Positions 46,436-59,843 of a stretch of 64,000 nucleotides of DNA are shown piece after piece. Each line of letters begins with the position of its first letter. The stretch's first letter is position 1. Made by a program: the position numbers and the translations under genes. This DNA is from Octopus vulgaris (Eukaryota), in the NCBI GenBank assembly GCA_951406725.2, contig OX597823.1, forward strand, positions 9,734,001 to 9,798,000, in the 5' to 3' direction. The notes beneath the pieces were generated by a model. It was not told the origin of the DNA. It was given only the letters and a program-made list of their open reading frames with translations, and searched no databases.

Positions 46436-46789
46436 CATGTATACGTCCACATATACACACACGCAAGCACGTGTTCGCACATGACTGAAGAGACAAATCG
46501 ATATATATATGTGTCAATACATATATATACATATTCTCTGTTAAGGCAAATACGCGATATCTGAGTGGATTGCTGCAGACAGGTGCACGCACAGACACGC
46601 ACACACACAACACACACATAAACTAACACGAAAACAGACTAAGTTACAAACAATGAAAGAAGCAGATGAAAGAACGGGATACTAAATAGACAAATACTAT
46701 TTTACTATTTCACTCATTCTCCTTCTTCACATCTCTGTCTCACTCTCTCTCTCTCTCTCTTTCACTGTAAATATACTCTTTGGTTCTTT

Positions 46790-47190
46790 CCTTCTTTTAT
46801 TTGTTTCAGTCATTTGACGGCGGCCATGCTGGAGCAGCGCCTTTAGTCGGAGAAATCCACACCAGAAATTATACTTTGTAAGCCTAGTACGTATACTATC
46901 CGTGTCTTTTAAATCGCTAAGTAACGGCAACGTAAACAGACCAACAGCGGTTGTCAAGCGATGGGGGGGGGGATAAACACAGAAACACAAATACATACAT
47001 ACATATATATATATATAAATATGTGTACGTATATACATATATATATATATATATACATATGACGGGCTTCTTTCAGTTTCCGTCATTGAAATCCACTTAC
47101 AAGGAGAAAACTCCTGCCCACGGCCCACGCAGTGGGAATGAATCTGGAACCATGTGGTTGGGGAGCAAGTTTCTTACCATACAGCCACGT
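46790..47190 (-). mobile_element. Diverged SINE family A
   Basis: Reverse-complement match with deletions. Confidence 0.8.
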
Positions 47191-47231
47191 CTGTATATAT
47201 ATATATATATGTGTATATACGTACACATATT

Positions 47232-47302
<71 letters not shown>

Positions 47303-47469
47303 TTATGTAAACATACATACGGTATCTAATGTTTAAGTGTGTAGTTGTTCCAAGTTTGAAATTCAATAATTACACACACATACGCACACACACTCACATA
47401 AATACACACATGTATACATACAAGTGGTCACTACTTCCTTAGCCAGAAACGTATATTGAACAATATTTA

Positions 47470-47995
47470 CCTAAATCTACTTCAACGCATGAACTTACAC
47501 ATAGTATCTCTTCAGCAGATTTGCCTGGGCGGCATGACACAGTTTGAGATCTGTGTGGAAGTTGGACCTTCGTAAAGACCTGAAGATCCGTCTCTTCGTT
47601 GCTGCATTGGAGTCTGTGCTGTTGTACGGGTTTGAGACTTGGTCATTGACCTGACCAAGAAACTAACTCAGATGGTGGATGGATACTACACGAGAATACT
47701 GAGGATGGCTTTGGACATTAATCAGTATACTCTGAGGATGAAAAACTCAGAGCTGTACGAGAGCCTCCCAATAGTTACGTCGAAATAACATGGAAGAGAC
47801 TGAGGTTAGCTGGACATGCTCATCGTCATTCGGAGATGATACTGCACTCAGTGCTCCTGTGGGAGCCCCTATATGAACACATGTAGATACCCTAAGGACA
47901 GAGACTAGTCTCTGTGGGACGCAGGACATGGCAGCGATGATGCGGGACAAAGACCGCTGGAGACACCTCTTCCATGGCTCTCGGGAATTTTACCC
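47470..47995 (+). mobile_element. Decayed RTE-group LINE 3' fragment
   Basis: LKIRLFVAALESVLLYGFETWSLT...DGYYTRILRMAL...RLRLAGHAHRH across frameshifts. Confidence 0.8.
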
Positions 47996-48068
47996 GCCCG
48001 ATGTACATACATACATACACACACACATACACACACACATGCACACATACACACACATATATATATAT

Positions 48069-48251
48069 AATCAAAATAAGCCACAAGGATATCCAGAGGT
48101 AATGCAGTACGATCGTTTCACGCAACTCCATTTGACCTGAGGATTGCTCTGCATTTAAATTGATGCAATAGTTGCATTGTTCAATTAAATGGAGTTCCTT
48201 GAAACAATCGTACTGCATTACCTCTGGATATCCTTGTTGCTTATTTTGATT
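48069..48251. mobile_element. Miniature fold-back element (65-bp inverted arms)
   Basis: 48069-48133 versus 48187-48251; (TA)n on the left; GAAAC-GAUC-GUA in the arm. Confidence 0.85.
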
Positions 48252-48793
48252 TTAATCACCTTATTTTGAAATTGTATGGATAATACTGTATTAAATTCTG
48301 GTGCCTCAGCTTATGTACCATATTCCTCTGACTCTAAATTATATATATATTTATGTATGCATACATGTATGTTTGTATGCATGTATGTAAATTATATATA
48401 TATATACATGTATGTATGCATTCACATGTATGTTTGCATTTATATGTGAATGTGAATTCACATGTAAGAAGTTTGCAACCATTTATAAAGTGCAGCGTTC
48501 TTGTCGCTCAAATGAATGTTACATTACCATCTGATTTACAGGACTTTTACACGTTTCTTTCATGTGCACTTCAGCGAGGCGCACGTTTTCTATTTGTTTC
48601 TTTCATATATGTCGTATCTTGGGTTCCTGGAGAAGTGAGAAAGACAGCAATCCTCTCTTTGTGATGGTCTGTGATAACATGCACGTCCACGGTTATGTAA
48701 TACGGTCACTTCGGTAGTTTCTTTAGTTGCGGTCGTTCGAAAGCTTTATTTCCGCAGAGAAACCCGTGATGAACGATATCTTCAATTTTAGCG

Positions 48794-49024
48794 GCGGCGG
48801 GCTGGCAGAAACGTTAGCGCGCCGGGCGAAATGCTTAGCGGTATTTCGTCTGCGTTACGTTGTGATTTCAAATTACGCCGAGGTCGACTTTGCCTTTCAT
48901 CCTTTAGGGGTCGATAAATTAAGTACCAGTTACGCACTGGGGTCGATGTAATCGACTTAATACCTATGTCTGTCCTTGTTTGTCCCCTCTGTGTTTAACC
49001 CCTGGTGGGTAATAAAGAAATAGG
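48794..49024 (+). mobile_element. SINE family B
   Basis: 17-bp TSD tatcttcaattttagcg at 48777-48793 and 49025-49041. Confidence 0.93.
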
Positions 49025-49329
49025 TATCTTCAATTTTAGCGTATTTTCGGGCTAAAATGAGGTTGAATACAGAAGGCCGCTTACGTTTTTGCAGTCTACA
49101 ACAGAGGAATAAGCATATCAACACAAATGTTATCCCATACAAACACGTTACTCGAGCGGAAGCTGCATAAAATACCGACGTATATTAAGGCCAATATCCT
49201 AAAAAATATAAGCGAAAGGTAACGAGAATGAAAGAAGCAACAAAAATGTTCATGCTTTGGCTTAAAGTAAAGAAAGCGTAAATTCATTTGAACACGATTA
49301 TTTCTTAACAACAGAAAATGTTGCAAAAA

Positions 49330-49725
49330 TCTTTATATATAAAAGTGAGGTTGTGTCCTGTCTGTCTCCTACGATTTAGATTCCTAACTACTCCCACTTT
49401 GCGGTGCAGTTTAACCAAAACTGGGTATCTTATAATCATGATTCATATCGAGCCCTTCTGGGTATTAGCGCGCGTCTACGATGAGTCTACGATTTAAAAA
49501 AAAAATTACCATCAATATTTCCCATTTTTAATGCATTTTTGGCATATATAAGGGAAGTAACTCTCTAAAAATTTATGATTTAATCTCAGAGTATTAAAAG
49601 CTACAGTAACCCCCCTCCCCTTTGTGGTTAGCCATATTGAGATGGCTATTATACTTTACATCTCTAAAAATGCTTATATAGTTATTTCCCTTACAAACCC
49701 GAGCAACGCCGGGCGATACTGCTAG
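49330..49725 (+). mobile_element. Non-autonomous Helitron (same family as 32714-33210)
   Basis: A|TCTTTATATATAAAAG start; cccgagcaacgccggg hairpin; CTAG|T end. Confidence 0.85.
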
Positions 49726-50261
49726 TAATTAATAAAATAAGACTATACACCAACGGACCAAGAACGAAGCTGTATAAATCTAGGAGTTAACGTTAAACGA
49801 ATACATCAAAGTCGGCGAGTGACAATAATATGACAACAATAATCCGGGAATCGTCTGTTCAGACTATCAAGAGGATTAGAGTAGACTACCCAGACATAAT
49901 CTGCAATCTGAATGAAAGATATATCACTTCTTACAAAGGTCTTGATTTCTTTTTGATCAAAGGAACGTAAATATATCGAAAACCGATCAAAATGCAATGG
50001 CCTTGAAATGGATAGAATACGTAAGAAATAAGATTAAAAGTGCTTCTAAAAGAAAGGCGTCAATTAGTTATGATAGAAATAAAATCCTGAATAAATCAAT
50101 GAAAAATCTTTGCAGGACTTGTATCTTTTCGTGCAATATATAATGTAATCGTATAAAACGTAGCAATCATTCTGTGCAATATATCTTATATTTTCACTTA
50201 TATCACAGTCAATGCTTACATAATTAATATTCTAACTCCTTCGAACCGTAGCAAAACGAAC

Positions 50262-50420
50262 GTGGCAGTGTGGTAAAAAGTTTGCCTACCAACCACATGG
50301 TTGCGGGTTCAGTCATACTCCGTGGCACCTTGGGCGAGGGTCGTCCACTATCGCCTCGGGCCGACCAAAGCCATCTAGTAGATTTGGTTGACGGAAAATG
50401 AAAGACGCCTGTCGTATGTA
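50262..50420 (+). mobile_element. SINE family A 5' half
   Basis: Head and CORE-like block ending in (TA)n. Confidence 0.75.
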
Positions 50421-50487
<67 letters not shown>

Positions 50488-50492
<5 letters not shown>

Positions 50493-50623
50493 CCCGGGTT
50501 GAGTCGGGGTTAACCACAGTAAATAAGGTACTCAATACATGGCAGAGTAAATTAATTTATTTTATAGAAGGAGCTTCTACAGGACTAGAACTGTTTCATT
50601 TGAATGAAAGCTCCTTCTATAAA

Positions 50624-50630
<7 letters not shown>
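50488..50630. mobile_element. Miniature fold-back between two (TA)n tracts (22-bp perfect arms)
   Basis: 50555-50576 versus 50608-50629; minus strand GAAAC-AG-UUCUAGUC-CU-GUA. Confidence 0.65.
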
Positions 50631-50677
<47 letters not shown>

Positions 50678-50678
<1 letters not shown>

Positions 50679-50875
50679 GACAGCCACCATGATTGACCGC
50701 TAGCTCCAAAAGTTTTTTTATTCTCCCTCTGTTTACTTTCTTCTGGCCCTTTCTGTTGAGGAGCATAGGTTTGAAACGTAATGACTTTCCCACCTTCCCG
50801 AGTGTTAAACTAATACACCTGCCTGTTGCTTATACACCTCTCTTCGTCTTTTCTTTTTCTATAAATTTCATCTAT
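50678..50875 (+). mobile_element. Short element related to 31637-31850 with degenerate hammerhead-like motif
   Basis: ttt-ctgttga-g-gagc-atag-gttt-gaaac-gta at ~50750-50783; similar pyrimidine-rich layout. Confidence 0.45.
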
Positions 50876-50883
50876 ATGTGTGA

Positions 50884-50924
<41 letters not shown>

Positions 50925-50951
50925 TATATATATATATACATATATACACAT

Positions 50952-51016
<65 letters not shown>

Positions 51017-51113
51017 ATATATAATTGTGTTTTTACTATGACTATTTTTCAACTTACACTCCCGATATTATGCACGCACTAGTACAAATACACACACATG
51101 CTAACACACGCAC

Positions 51114-51166
<53 letters not shown>

Positions 51167-51482
51167 TGTGTGTGCGTGTGTGTGTGTGTCTGTGCGAGTG
51201 CGTGCGAGTGTGATAATAGCGAGAGTTTAAGTTTTATATACAAATTGGAAGTAGTCATAAGTAGCATAAACGCCATAAAGTAGCATAAATTTAAAGAAAA
51301 CATGGCAATAACAATAAAAAGAAAATAGACAAAGGAAATATTAATGAAAAAATATGGAAGTCAAGATGAATAAGTAAGACCAATGAAAGATAAAATTGCA
51401 GCCTAAAAAAAACGTATAATTTTCAATCTAAATTTCAATACACAAACATACACACGAACACATGCATACACACACGCGCCCG

Positions 51483-51517
<35 letters not shown>

Positions 51518-51579
51518 AAACGGTTGCAGACATATATATGGCTTTATTGCCTCATTTTATTTAACACACACACATATAT

Positions 51580-51660
<81 letters not shown>

Positions 51661-51673
51661 AACATATATATGT

Positions 51674-51775
<102 letters not shown>

Positions 51776-52520
51776 ATATATATATATACACATATATATA
51801 TATATATAAACACACATATATACTTAGCAAAACAAAATAGTGGCTTCATAAATCATTTAATTACGTCATTTTAGAGACAGCTTAGTATTGCTGCATTTTT
51901 ATTAAGTTGTCTGAGATGTCTCTAACAATGGATATCAATGAAAGAAAACTTTGACTATATAACGCTAGTTTTCTTTGCAGTCCCCGCTTGCTATATATAA
52001 GGATACACATTGAGTAATACACATACAGGTTTCATATTAGCAATTGAAATTACACTACACACACATACAAGTATATATAGATATGTTAGTCTGTGTATCT
52101 GGCTGGTGGCAAATTGGCAGAATGCTTGGAGTATCAGTCAGACATTTCTTTGATATTATTTACTTCAAGATCTCTTCGCCTATAGTTCAAAAACTAACGA
52201 GGACAGCTTTCGGCTTCAATAAATGAAGTGCCAATCTTCTGCTAGATTGATGTTATTTTTCTATATTTGTCTTTTTCTATTCATTCTTCCATGGTGGAAT
52301 CTTTTATGGTCAGAGCTTGAGACAGGTAGGCTCCGTCAGATCAAAATATTCCCAAGTGTCGCAGCAGGTCTCAAGTACGACATTCAAAATTCGAGTGTCC
52401 AAAGCAGCGCAATATGCCCGCATAAAGCCACCTCTACCACACATTCATAAATATAATCATATGCACACAACTACAGACAAACATGCATACGTGTACATAC
52501 ATACACACATACATACACAC

Positions 52521-52592
<72 letters not shown>

Positions 52593-52777
52593 TATATTGA
52601 GGGCATTACTATACATAAATGCCACAAGCTAGGAGGGACTCTTAAAGTCAAAACTACCAAAATAAATAAATATATATAAGAGAAAAATTGATGGATGTTT
52701 CTCTTATGAGGTTTGTCACGCTAACTACTTCGTAAATTCGTATGAAGATTTTATCCTATCTTTAGATTATATATGTG

Positions 52778-52827
<50 letters not shown>

Positions 52828-53627
52828 CATGTATATATGTATTTATGTATGTATGTATTTATGTATGTATGTATGTATGTATGTATGTATGTATGTATGT
52901 ATGTATGTATGTATGTATGTATGTATGTATGATGCACCCACACACTCGCATGCATATGTATATATATATGTATATATGCGAGTATCTGCGCGTGCGGTAA
53001 TTTACACCAAGCAAATTTATGCTTTCCTCCAACCGTATAACACTCAGCGGGAACGCACAAACATGCACACCAAAACATACACATACATATACAGTATAAT
53101 ATATATATTGCGTGACACATTTAATTTCATAAAACTTATGAAAAGACTTATTTAGGCAACATACTGCAAGATGACTGTGGGTTTTATAGGCTTGCTGTAG
53201 ATTTTGAAATTCTTGGGCTGTACTTATCAAGCACGTGACTTCATGGGAGAAGGTATGTTGAGGAACTGCATTCCGGAAGAATCAGTTTGTCAATATTTTG
53301 TCACACAAAATTTTAAATTTCACTACAAACCGAAATTATTTCCTGAGGTTTCGAAATCTCCGTTGTACAACTGCAAGCAAGTCACAGATACACCAGTTGA
53401 CCTAAGAAAAATTAAAAGTTTTGGCCTTTGAGGCATATTAAAATTTTAGAAATTGTTTCTAGGTACTGATTTAAAAAATCCCATTTATTTTTACCCAGTA
53501 TTTTTACATGGTTTGCGACAGAAATCCACAAAATTTTGAAAAAGTAATACTCTTTATTTGTATTACAGGTCTACAAGAAACTGCCATGACGAATTTAAAA
53601 TTAATTTTGCAAACAAAAGTAGAGATA

Positions 53628-54042
53628 GGCGCAGGAGTGGCTGTGTGGTAAGTAGCTTGCTAACCAACCACATGGTTCCGGGTTCAGTCCCACTGCGTGG
53701 CAACTTGGGCAAGTGTTTTCTGCTATAGCCTCGGGCCGAACAAAGCCTTGTGAGTGGATTTGGTAGACGGAAACTGAAAGAAGCTTTTCGTATATATGTA
53801 TATATATATGTATGCGTGTATATGTTTGTGTGTCTGTATTTGTACCCCCAACATCGCTTGACAACCGATGCTGGTGTGTGTTTGTCCCCGTAACTTAGCG
53901 GTTCGGCAAAAGAGACCGATAGAATAAGTACTGGGCTTACAAAGAATAAGTCCCGGGGTCGAGTTGCTCGATTAAAGGCGGTGCTCCAGCATGGCCGCAG
54001 TCAAATGACTGAAACAAGTAAAAGAGTAAAAGAGTAAGAGTA
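53628..54042 (+). mobile_element. SINE family A flanked by a ~95-bp direct repeat
   Basis: 53533-53627 matches 54045-54140. Confidence 0.93.
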
Positions 54043-54646
54043 ATATTTTGAAAAAGTAATACTCTTTATTTTGTACTACAGGACTACAAGAAACTGCCAT
54101 GACGAATTTAAAATTAATTTTGCAAACAAAAGTAGAGATACAATTAATAAAATCCCCAGACTTACAGGTAGTTTTCTATGCTAAGGAATTTTTTCTGTTT
54201 GATCTTCGACTCGGAATTTTGCTGCAGTCTTTCTTCAAACAACACAAAATTCTGCATCGTAACTCTATTCCGTCGCCAGAGATAACTTTCCTTCATCGCT
54301 TTAAGATCCCAGGGGAAACGTTTTTCTTGTTCGTTGATCATGTCACTCAGACTTCCAGGAAATTTTTCCAAATAACTGACAAAAATATATTTTAACACTC
54401 GGTTACACTCAAGCATAGGAAAACTGAATTAATTGGTTAACTATTCCAATGTATATGTCATGCTTTACATTTCCAAGAAATTTGGTTATAACTTCTACAA
54501 AAGCATTCCCGTCTGTTGCTTCGTCCTCATTCATACAGAGTACAAAATAAAACCGGTAGCAGAACCGGGGTTAAAACGACTAGAACCCAACTTTACTTCG
54601 GATATTTTATAGGAGTTTATCTTCACCTAGAAACAAGCTATCTATA

Positions 54647-55055
54647 GGCGCAGGAGTGGCTGTGTGGTAAGAAGCTTGCTTACCAACCACATGGTTCCGG
54701 GTTCAGTCCCACTGCGTGGCACCTTGGGCAAGTGTCTTCTACTATAGCCTCGGACCGACCAAAGCCTTGTGAGTGGATTTGGTAGACGGAAACTGAAAGA
54801 AGCCCGTCGTATATATGTATATATATATATGTGTGTGTGTGTTTGTGTGTCTGTGTTTGTCCCCCTAGCATTGCTTGACAACCGATGCTGGTGTGCTTAT
54901 GTCCCCGTTACTTAGCGCCCAAAGAGACCGATAGAATAAGTACTGGGCTTACAAAAGAATAAGTTCCGGGGTCGAGTTGCTCGATTAAAGGCGGTGCTCC
55001 AGCATGGCCGCAGTCAAATGACTGAAACAAGTAAAAGAATAAAAGAATAAAAGAA
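54647..55055 (+). mobile_element. SINE family A
   Basis: Full-length match. Confidence 0.93.
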
Positions 55056-56176
55056 AAGCTCAAATGAGAACTAAGTGTCCTTCACTTCCAAGGCTCTGAT
55101 GGTAATTAACCCTCAGCCGGCACCCTAACAGATACTGCTACTTCGGGTCAGAGCAGATCTGCAGACATAATAGATGGTAGCACATTCTTCCAAACCCTCG
55201 CACTTATGTACCAGGGACCCATTACCAGATGCATGCTAAAGTCTTAACCAGGATACACATAGAGGTACACATGCGCTCACACATTGACATGCACATACAT
55301 ATACACTCAGTTCAACATAGACATATATAAAGTCAGTTCCACACAGACATATATGTCTATTGAATTTAAAGCGTAGATTTGTCGACCGCCCTCAGTAGAA
55401 ACAAATGCTTCACATTACAGCCTAATGTATTTAGTTGGTCTTTTTTTGTATAATGTATTTTATATTTCAATCATATCACATATACATACATATGAATATA
55501 CATACACTCACAAACACCCACCCACCCACGTATATAATTCACTGCGAATTTATGAATATTGGCATAGAGGAAGACTAAGTGAATATACGCGTGCTTGTTT
55601 TTGCGAATGTTAGGGAATCTGAAGAAGAGAAATATAAAAGAGATAAATAGATGAAAGGGGGATGCCTGGGCAGATAATGGATAAATTGAAACTGGAATGT
55701 GGCGGAAAGAATTATTTCTCATTGGAACGTATCTCAATATTAATAATTGATAATAGCCATTTGTATTAAAAGATGATCAATTTCCTACGAGAGATTAAAG
55801 CCACGACCAGCCATCGCTTTAACAAGCTGGACTGGTTAACAACTCAGTGAAAACATTGGCGGAAGGTGGCGCCAAAGACGAGTGATTTTTGCGATACAGA
55901 AGTAGATTGTGAAAGAGCTCTCCAGATTAACATTATGTATCATCTGTCTGTCTGTCTGTCTGTTTTTCTGTCTGCCTGTCTGCCACTCTTTCTCCATCTT
56001 CTGTTTCGCTTTCCCCGTGTGTGTGTGTGTGTGTTGGTGGGTGTGTGTGTGCGTGTGTGCGTTTCTGTGTGTATGTGGATATAAATTTATATATATATAT
56101 ATATATATATATAAATGTATTTGCCTGTGTGGTGTGTGTATATACATATTTATATCTATCTATCTACCTGTCTATC

Positions 56177-56242
<66 letters not shown>

Positions 56243-56272
56243 GATGCAAAGATAGATAGATTGGTAGATAGT

Positions 56273-56372
<100 letters not shown>

Positions 56373-57297
56373 GACCAGCAAAGAGAGAGTTTGACAGGCA
56401 GATAGATCATAGATAGACATATAGATATGGAATTATCCATTTCAGCGGAGTTTCCTGGACGCCGACTTAATTTGTTGCTCCATTATGTAGTGGAACGCAA
56501 TGTGGAATTCAAGGACATATTGGAAAAGAAATAATTATTGAATATGTTCGGGAAGGAGGACTGTCTGAATGATGTTGGTCATTTATTTTATAATAATGAT
56601 ATTTTGTCAAGAATAGGCTAAGTAGATTCTTCTTCGAGCAAATTATCTACGGACTCATTCACCTCTCAATTATCCGCCGAATTCTTTTTATACATTTGAA
56701 AATTTCCATTATTGTTCACATAGAGTTAGTAGAAAAAATAATGTTTTCTCACCAAGGTTCACTGCCCTAAATTTGGGAAAGAAATGGGCATGAGTTCGGT
56801 ATATATTTATTACTTATATTACAACTGGATCGGAAAGATTTAAGTGACGCAACAAAGTACTTATTGATTCACTATGTTAGTTTTCAAAGTTCATTGTATC
56901 CAAAATGTAAAGCTGTCTATCGCAAATTAAGCTAGAACTTTGATCAACTATTGGCTTCTTTCATGCTGTTTTGAAGCAATGAACATACCAAGCAGTCTGG
57001 GCCCTCTCTTAAACAATTAAATATAACCGAGGGAGAACTGTATTGGTTAGTTTCTGGCATGGAATTTCATATTTCGCATCTGTTTAACTACTTCTCGTGC
57101 ATTTATCTATAAGTATTCAAAAGCTATCCCACTCTATTTCAGACCCCTATTGATCACAAAAGTCTGTTTCCTAACAGGGCTTACATTTACTCCAGTAGAG
57201 ATCAATATCTGAGGCTCCATTTATTAAATTACACTGAATTTGTTTTACAATTCTGTTGACATAAACCGTCATTCTTCCTTAATTTTCTTTTTTTTTT

Positions 57298-57682
57298 GGA
57301 AGCACTCCGTCGGTTACGACGATGAGGGTTCCGGCTGATCCGTATCAACGGAACAGCCTGCTTGTGAAATTAACGTTTAAGTGGCTGAGCACTCCACAGA
57401 CACGTGCACCCTTAACGTAGTTCTCGGGGATATTCAGCGTGACACAGAGAGTGACAAGGCTGGCCCAATGAAATACAGGTACAACAGAAACAGGAAGTAA
57501 GAGTGAGAGAAAGTTGTGGTGAAAGAGTACAGCAGGGATCATCATCATCCCCTGCCGGAGTGTCGTGGAGCATTTAGGTGTTTTCGCTCAATAAACACTC
57601 ACAACGCCCGGTCTGGGAATCGAAACCGCGATCCTATGACCGCGAGTCCGCTGCCCTAACCACTGGGCCATTGCGCCTCCAC
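57298..57682 (-). mobile_element. SINE family C, full length with A-rich tail
   Basis: tRNA-like head ggaggcgcaatggcccagtggttaggg...ggtttcgattccc; T-run on plus; short imperfect TSD. Confidence 0.85.
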
Positions 57683-58051
57683 TCTTCCGTAAATATATAA
57701 ACGTTTATAGAGACGAAGTATCGATAACTGATTCAATTGCTTTGATTATTGTAAACCGAGAAAATATTTGATTTTGATTTTTAATGTTAATCAATGCTTC
57801 AACTCCGTCCAATTGTAATAATATTTGCAAATATATTTCGTGAACTCACGAGTTGGTAACTGTCAGCTATATTATAATGTATGCTGTTTCACTAGGTTGC
57901 TAATCTGTTTTAAAAAATTTTCTAAAATTTGATAAGGTTTAGTTATTTTAGCGAAGAATCCCAATCTAATATATCAACACATGTAATTAAGCTATACTAA
58001 TTTTAATTGACCGTGGAACGATACAGCTTAAACACGGTATAGCAGGATAAA

Positions 58052-58281
58052 GCGGCAAGCTGGCAGAACCGTTCGCACGCCGGACGAAATGCGTAGCCGT
58101 ATTTCGTCTGCCGCTACGTTCTGAGTTCAAATTCCGCCGAGGTCGACTTTGCCTTTCATCCTTTCGGGATCGATAAATTAAGTACCAGTTACGCACTAGG
58201 GTCGATGTAATCGACTTAATCCCTTTGTCTGTCCTTGTTTGTCCCCTCTATGTTTAGCCCCTTGTGGGTAGTAAAGAAATA
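58052..58281 (+). mobile_element. SINE family B
   Basis: 13-bp TSD ggtatagcaggat at 58036-58048 and 58282-58294. Confidence 0.93.
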
Positions 58282-58355
58282 GGTATAGCAGGATTTGAGG
58301 CCAAAATAGAAAGAAACCTGATTATTAATATAGATCTTACACACATGCGCGCACG

Positions 58356-58386
<31 letters not shown>

Positions 58387-58869
58387 ACATGTATAAAAGG
58401 CTAGACGTTGTGTAAAAGGTACAATCCATCTGGCGGGTATCTACTAAATTTCTGTCAACTCAAAGTTACTCACAGAGCAAGAAAAGGATGACACTTACTC
58501 AAAGCGCAACGCTGTGGGATCGTAAAAATAAGAAATCACGACCAACATTTCTTAAGCATGGGGCGAGACTCTATTCTATATTTTACATATAACTCACCAC
58601 ACACATACGTACACACAACCAACCACACTCACCCGTGTACAGAGACATATACACACACCAACTCATATACAGATAAATTTAAATTGAATGAACGAAGTAT
58701 ATTCCTGAAGCTTAGAAACCTTTTTAGACTGTCCTGGATTATTTTAATTTTAGCGTTTCGTTACTAGACATCTAATAACCCGAGCAGCAAACCTTTCATC
58801 CAGATTGAAGGAGAGAGCTGTAACAGCCTTTGGACACACCCTACAATACACTGCATGTCACAGTTGACT

Positions 58870-59843
58870 AGGTTGTGGAATGCTGTAGGGATATTAAAAC
58901 GGTTTGGAAGCTCCCTATGCAATAAAGTTTTCTGTTAAACTTGGCACAATTGCTACAGAAATTCAAACAAATTAATCCATGAGACGCCTGGAGTATTTCA
59001 TGAGCCGTGCAACTGCTTATTAAGGATGGTAGAGATGAGATAAGAAAAGATGGGAGATATGAGAAGGGGAAGGACGTCAGAACATCAGAGCTGGTTGCAA
59101 GAATTCTCTTTAGAGTTGGTGTGGAAACTATACACAGAATTATTCATGAAGGTCTCAACATTCAAAACATTTATGGAAAGTTTCTTCCTAGAGTGCTCAA
59201 TGACAGACAGAAGAAAAAATGCGTTGCTGATAACAGGAAAATTATTGAGTTCACTACATCCAGTCAAAGCCTTTAGCCTTTGATGACTTGTGACAGTTAA
59301 AGTATTTTCTCTCTGAGGACATGTGACAATCAAAGTACTTTTTCTCTGAGGACGTGTGACAATCAAAGTACTTTAGTCTCTGATGACCTGCGACGAAAGC
59401 TGAATCGACTGTTATGATCCAGTGGCTACTAGACAAAATGCCCGATTGAAATATTCTGGTTCCTTGAGACATGAGAAGGTCTGAGAAAGCAAGTCCATCA
59501 TTCAGTCTATTATTATCCTTTTTCTCGAGAGCAATGGCATCATCTCTATCCACTACACCCTCCCTACAGTCCAGAATTTGCTTCCAGTGATTTTTGTGTG
59601 TTCTCCAAGATGAAGGAGAACTTCAAGGGTAGTCGTTTTCAGACATTGACAAGCTGAAGGAGACAAAGGCAAGGGTCTTGAACGAAGACCTCCTTGGAGG
59701 GTCCGCAAATGACTGGAGTGCTACAAGAGAAGTGAAGTCAAATGGATTTTACTTTAAAGAAGATTAGAGTTTTATAATTATTTGAAGTAAATAAATAAAT
59801 GTCTCTCCTACAGAATTCTCGAAAGTCTGAGATGCACCTTGTA
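58870..59843 (+). pseudogene. Highly decayed mariner transposase
   Basis: KFSVKLG; ETIHRIIHEGLNIQNIYGKFLPRVL (WVPR-like); TCDES*IDCYDP; HPPYSPEFASSDF; short tandem duplications at ~59265-59390. Confidence 0.75.

Noticed and set aside
57605-57682. tRNA gene (also the heads of SINE A and B)
   Set aside because: tRNA-like boxes run directly into repeated SINE bodies and tails.
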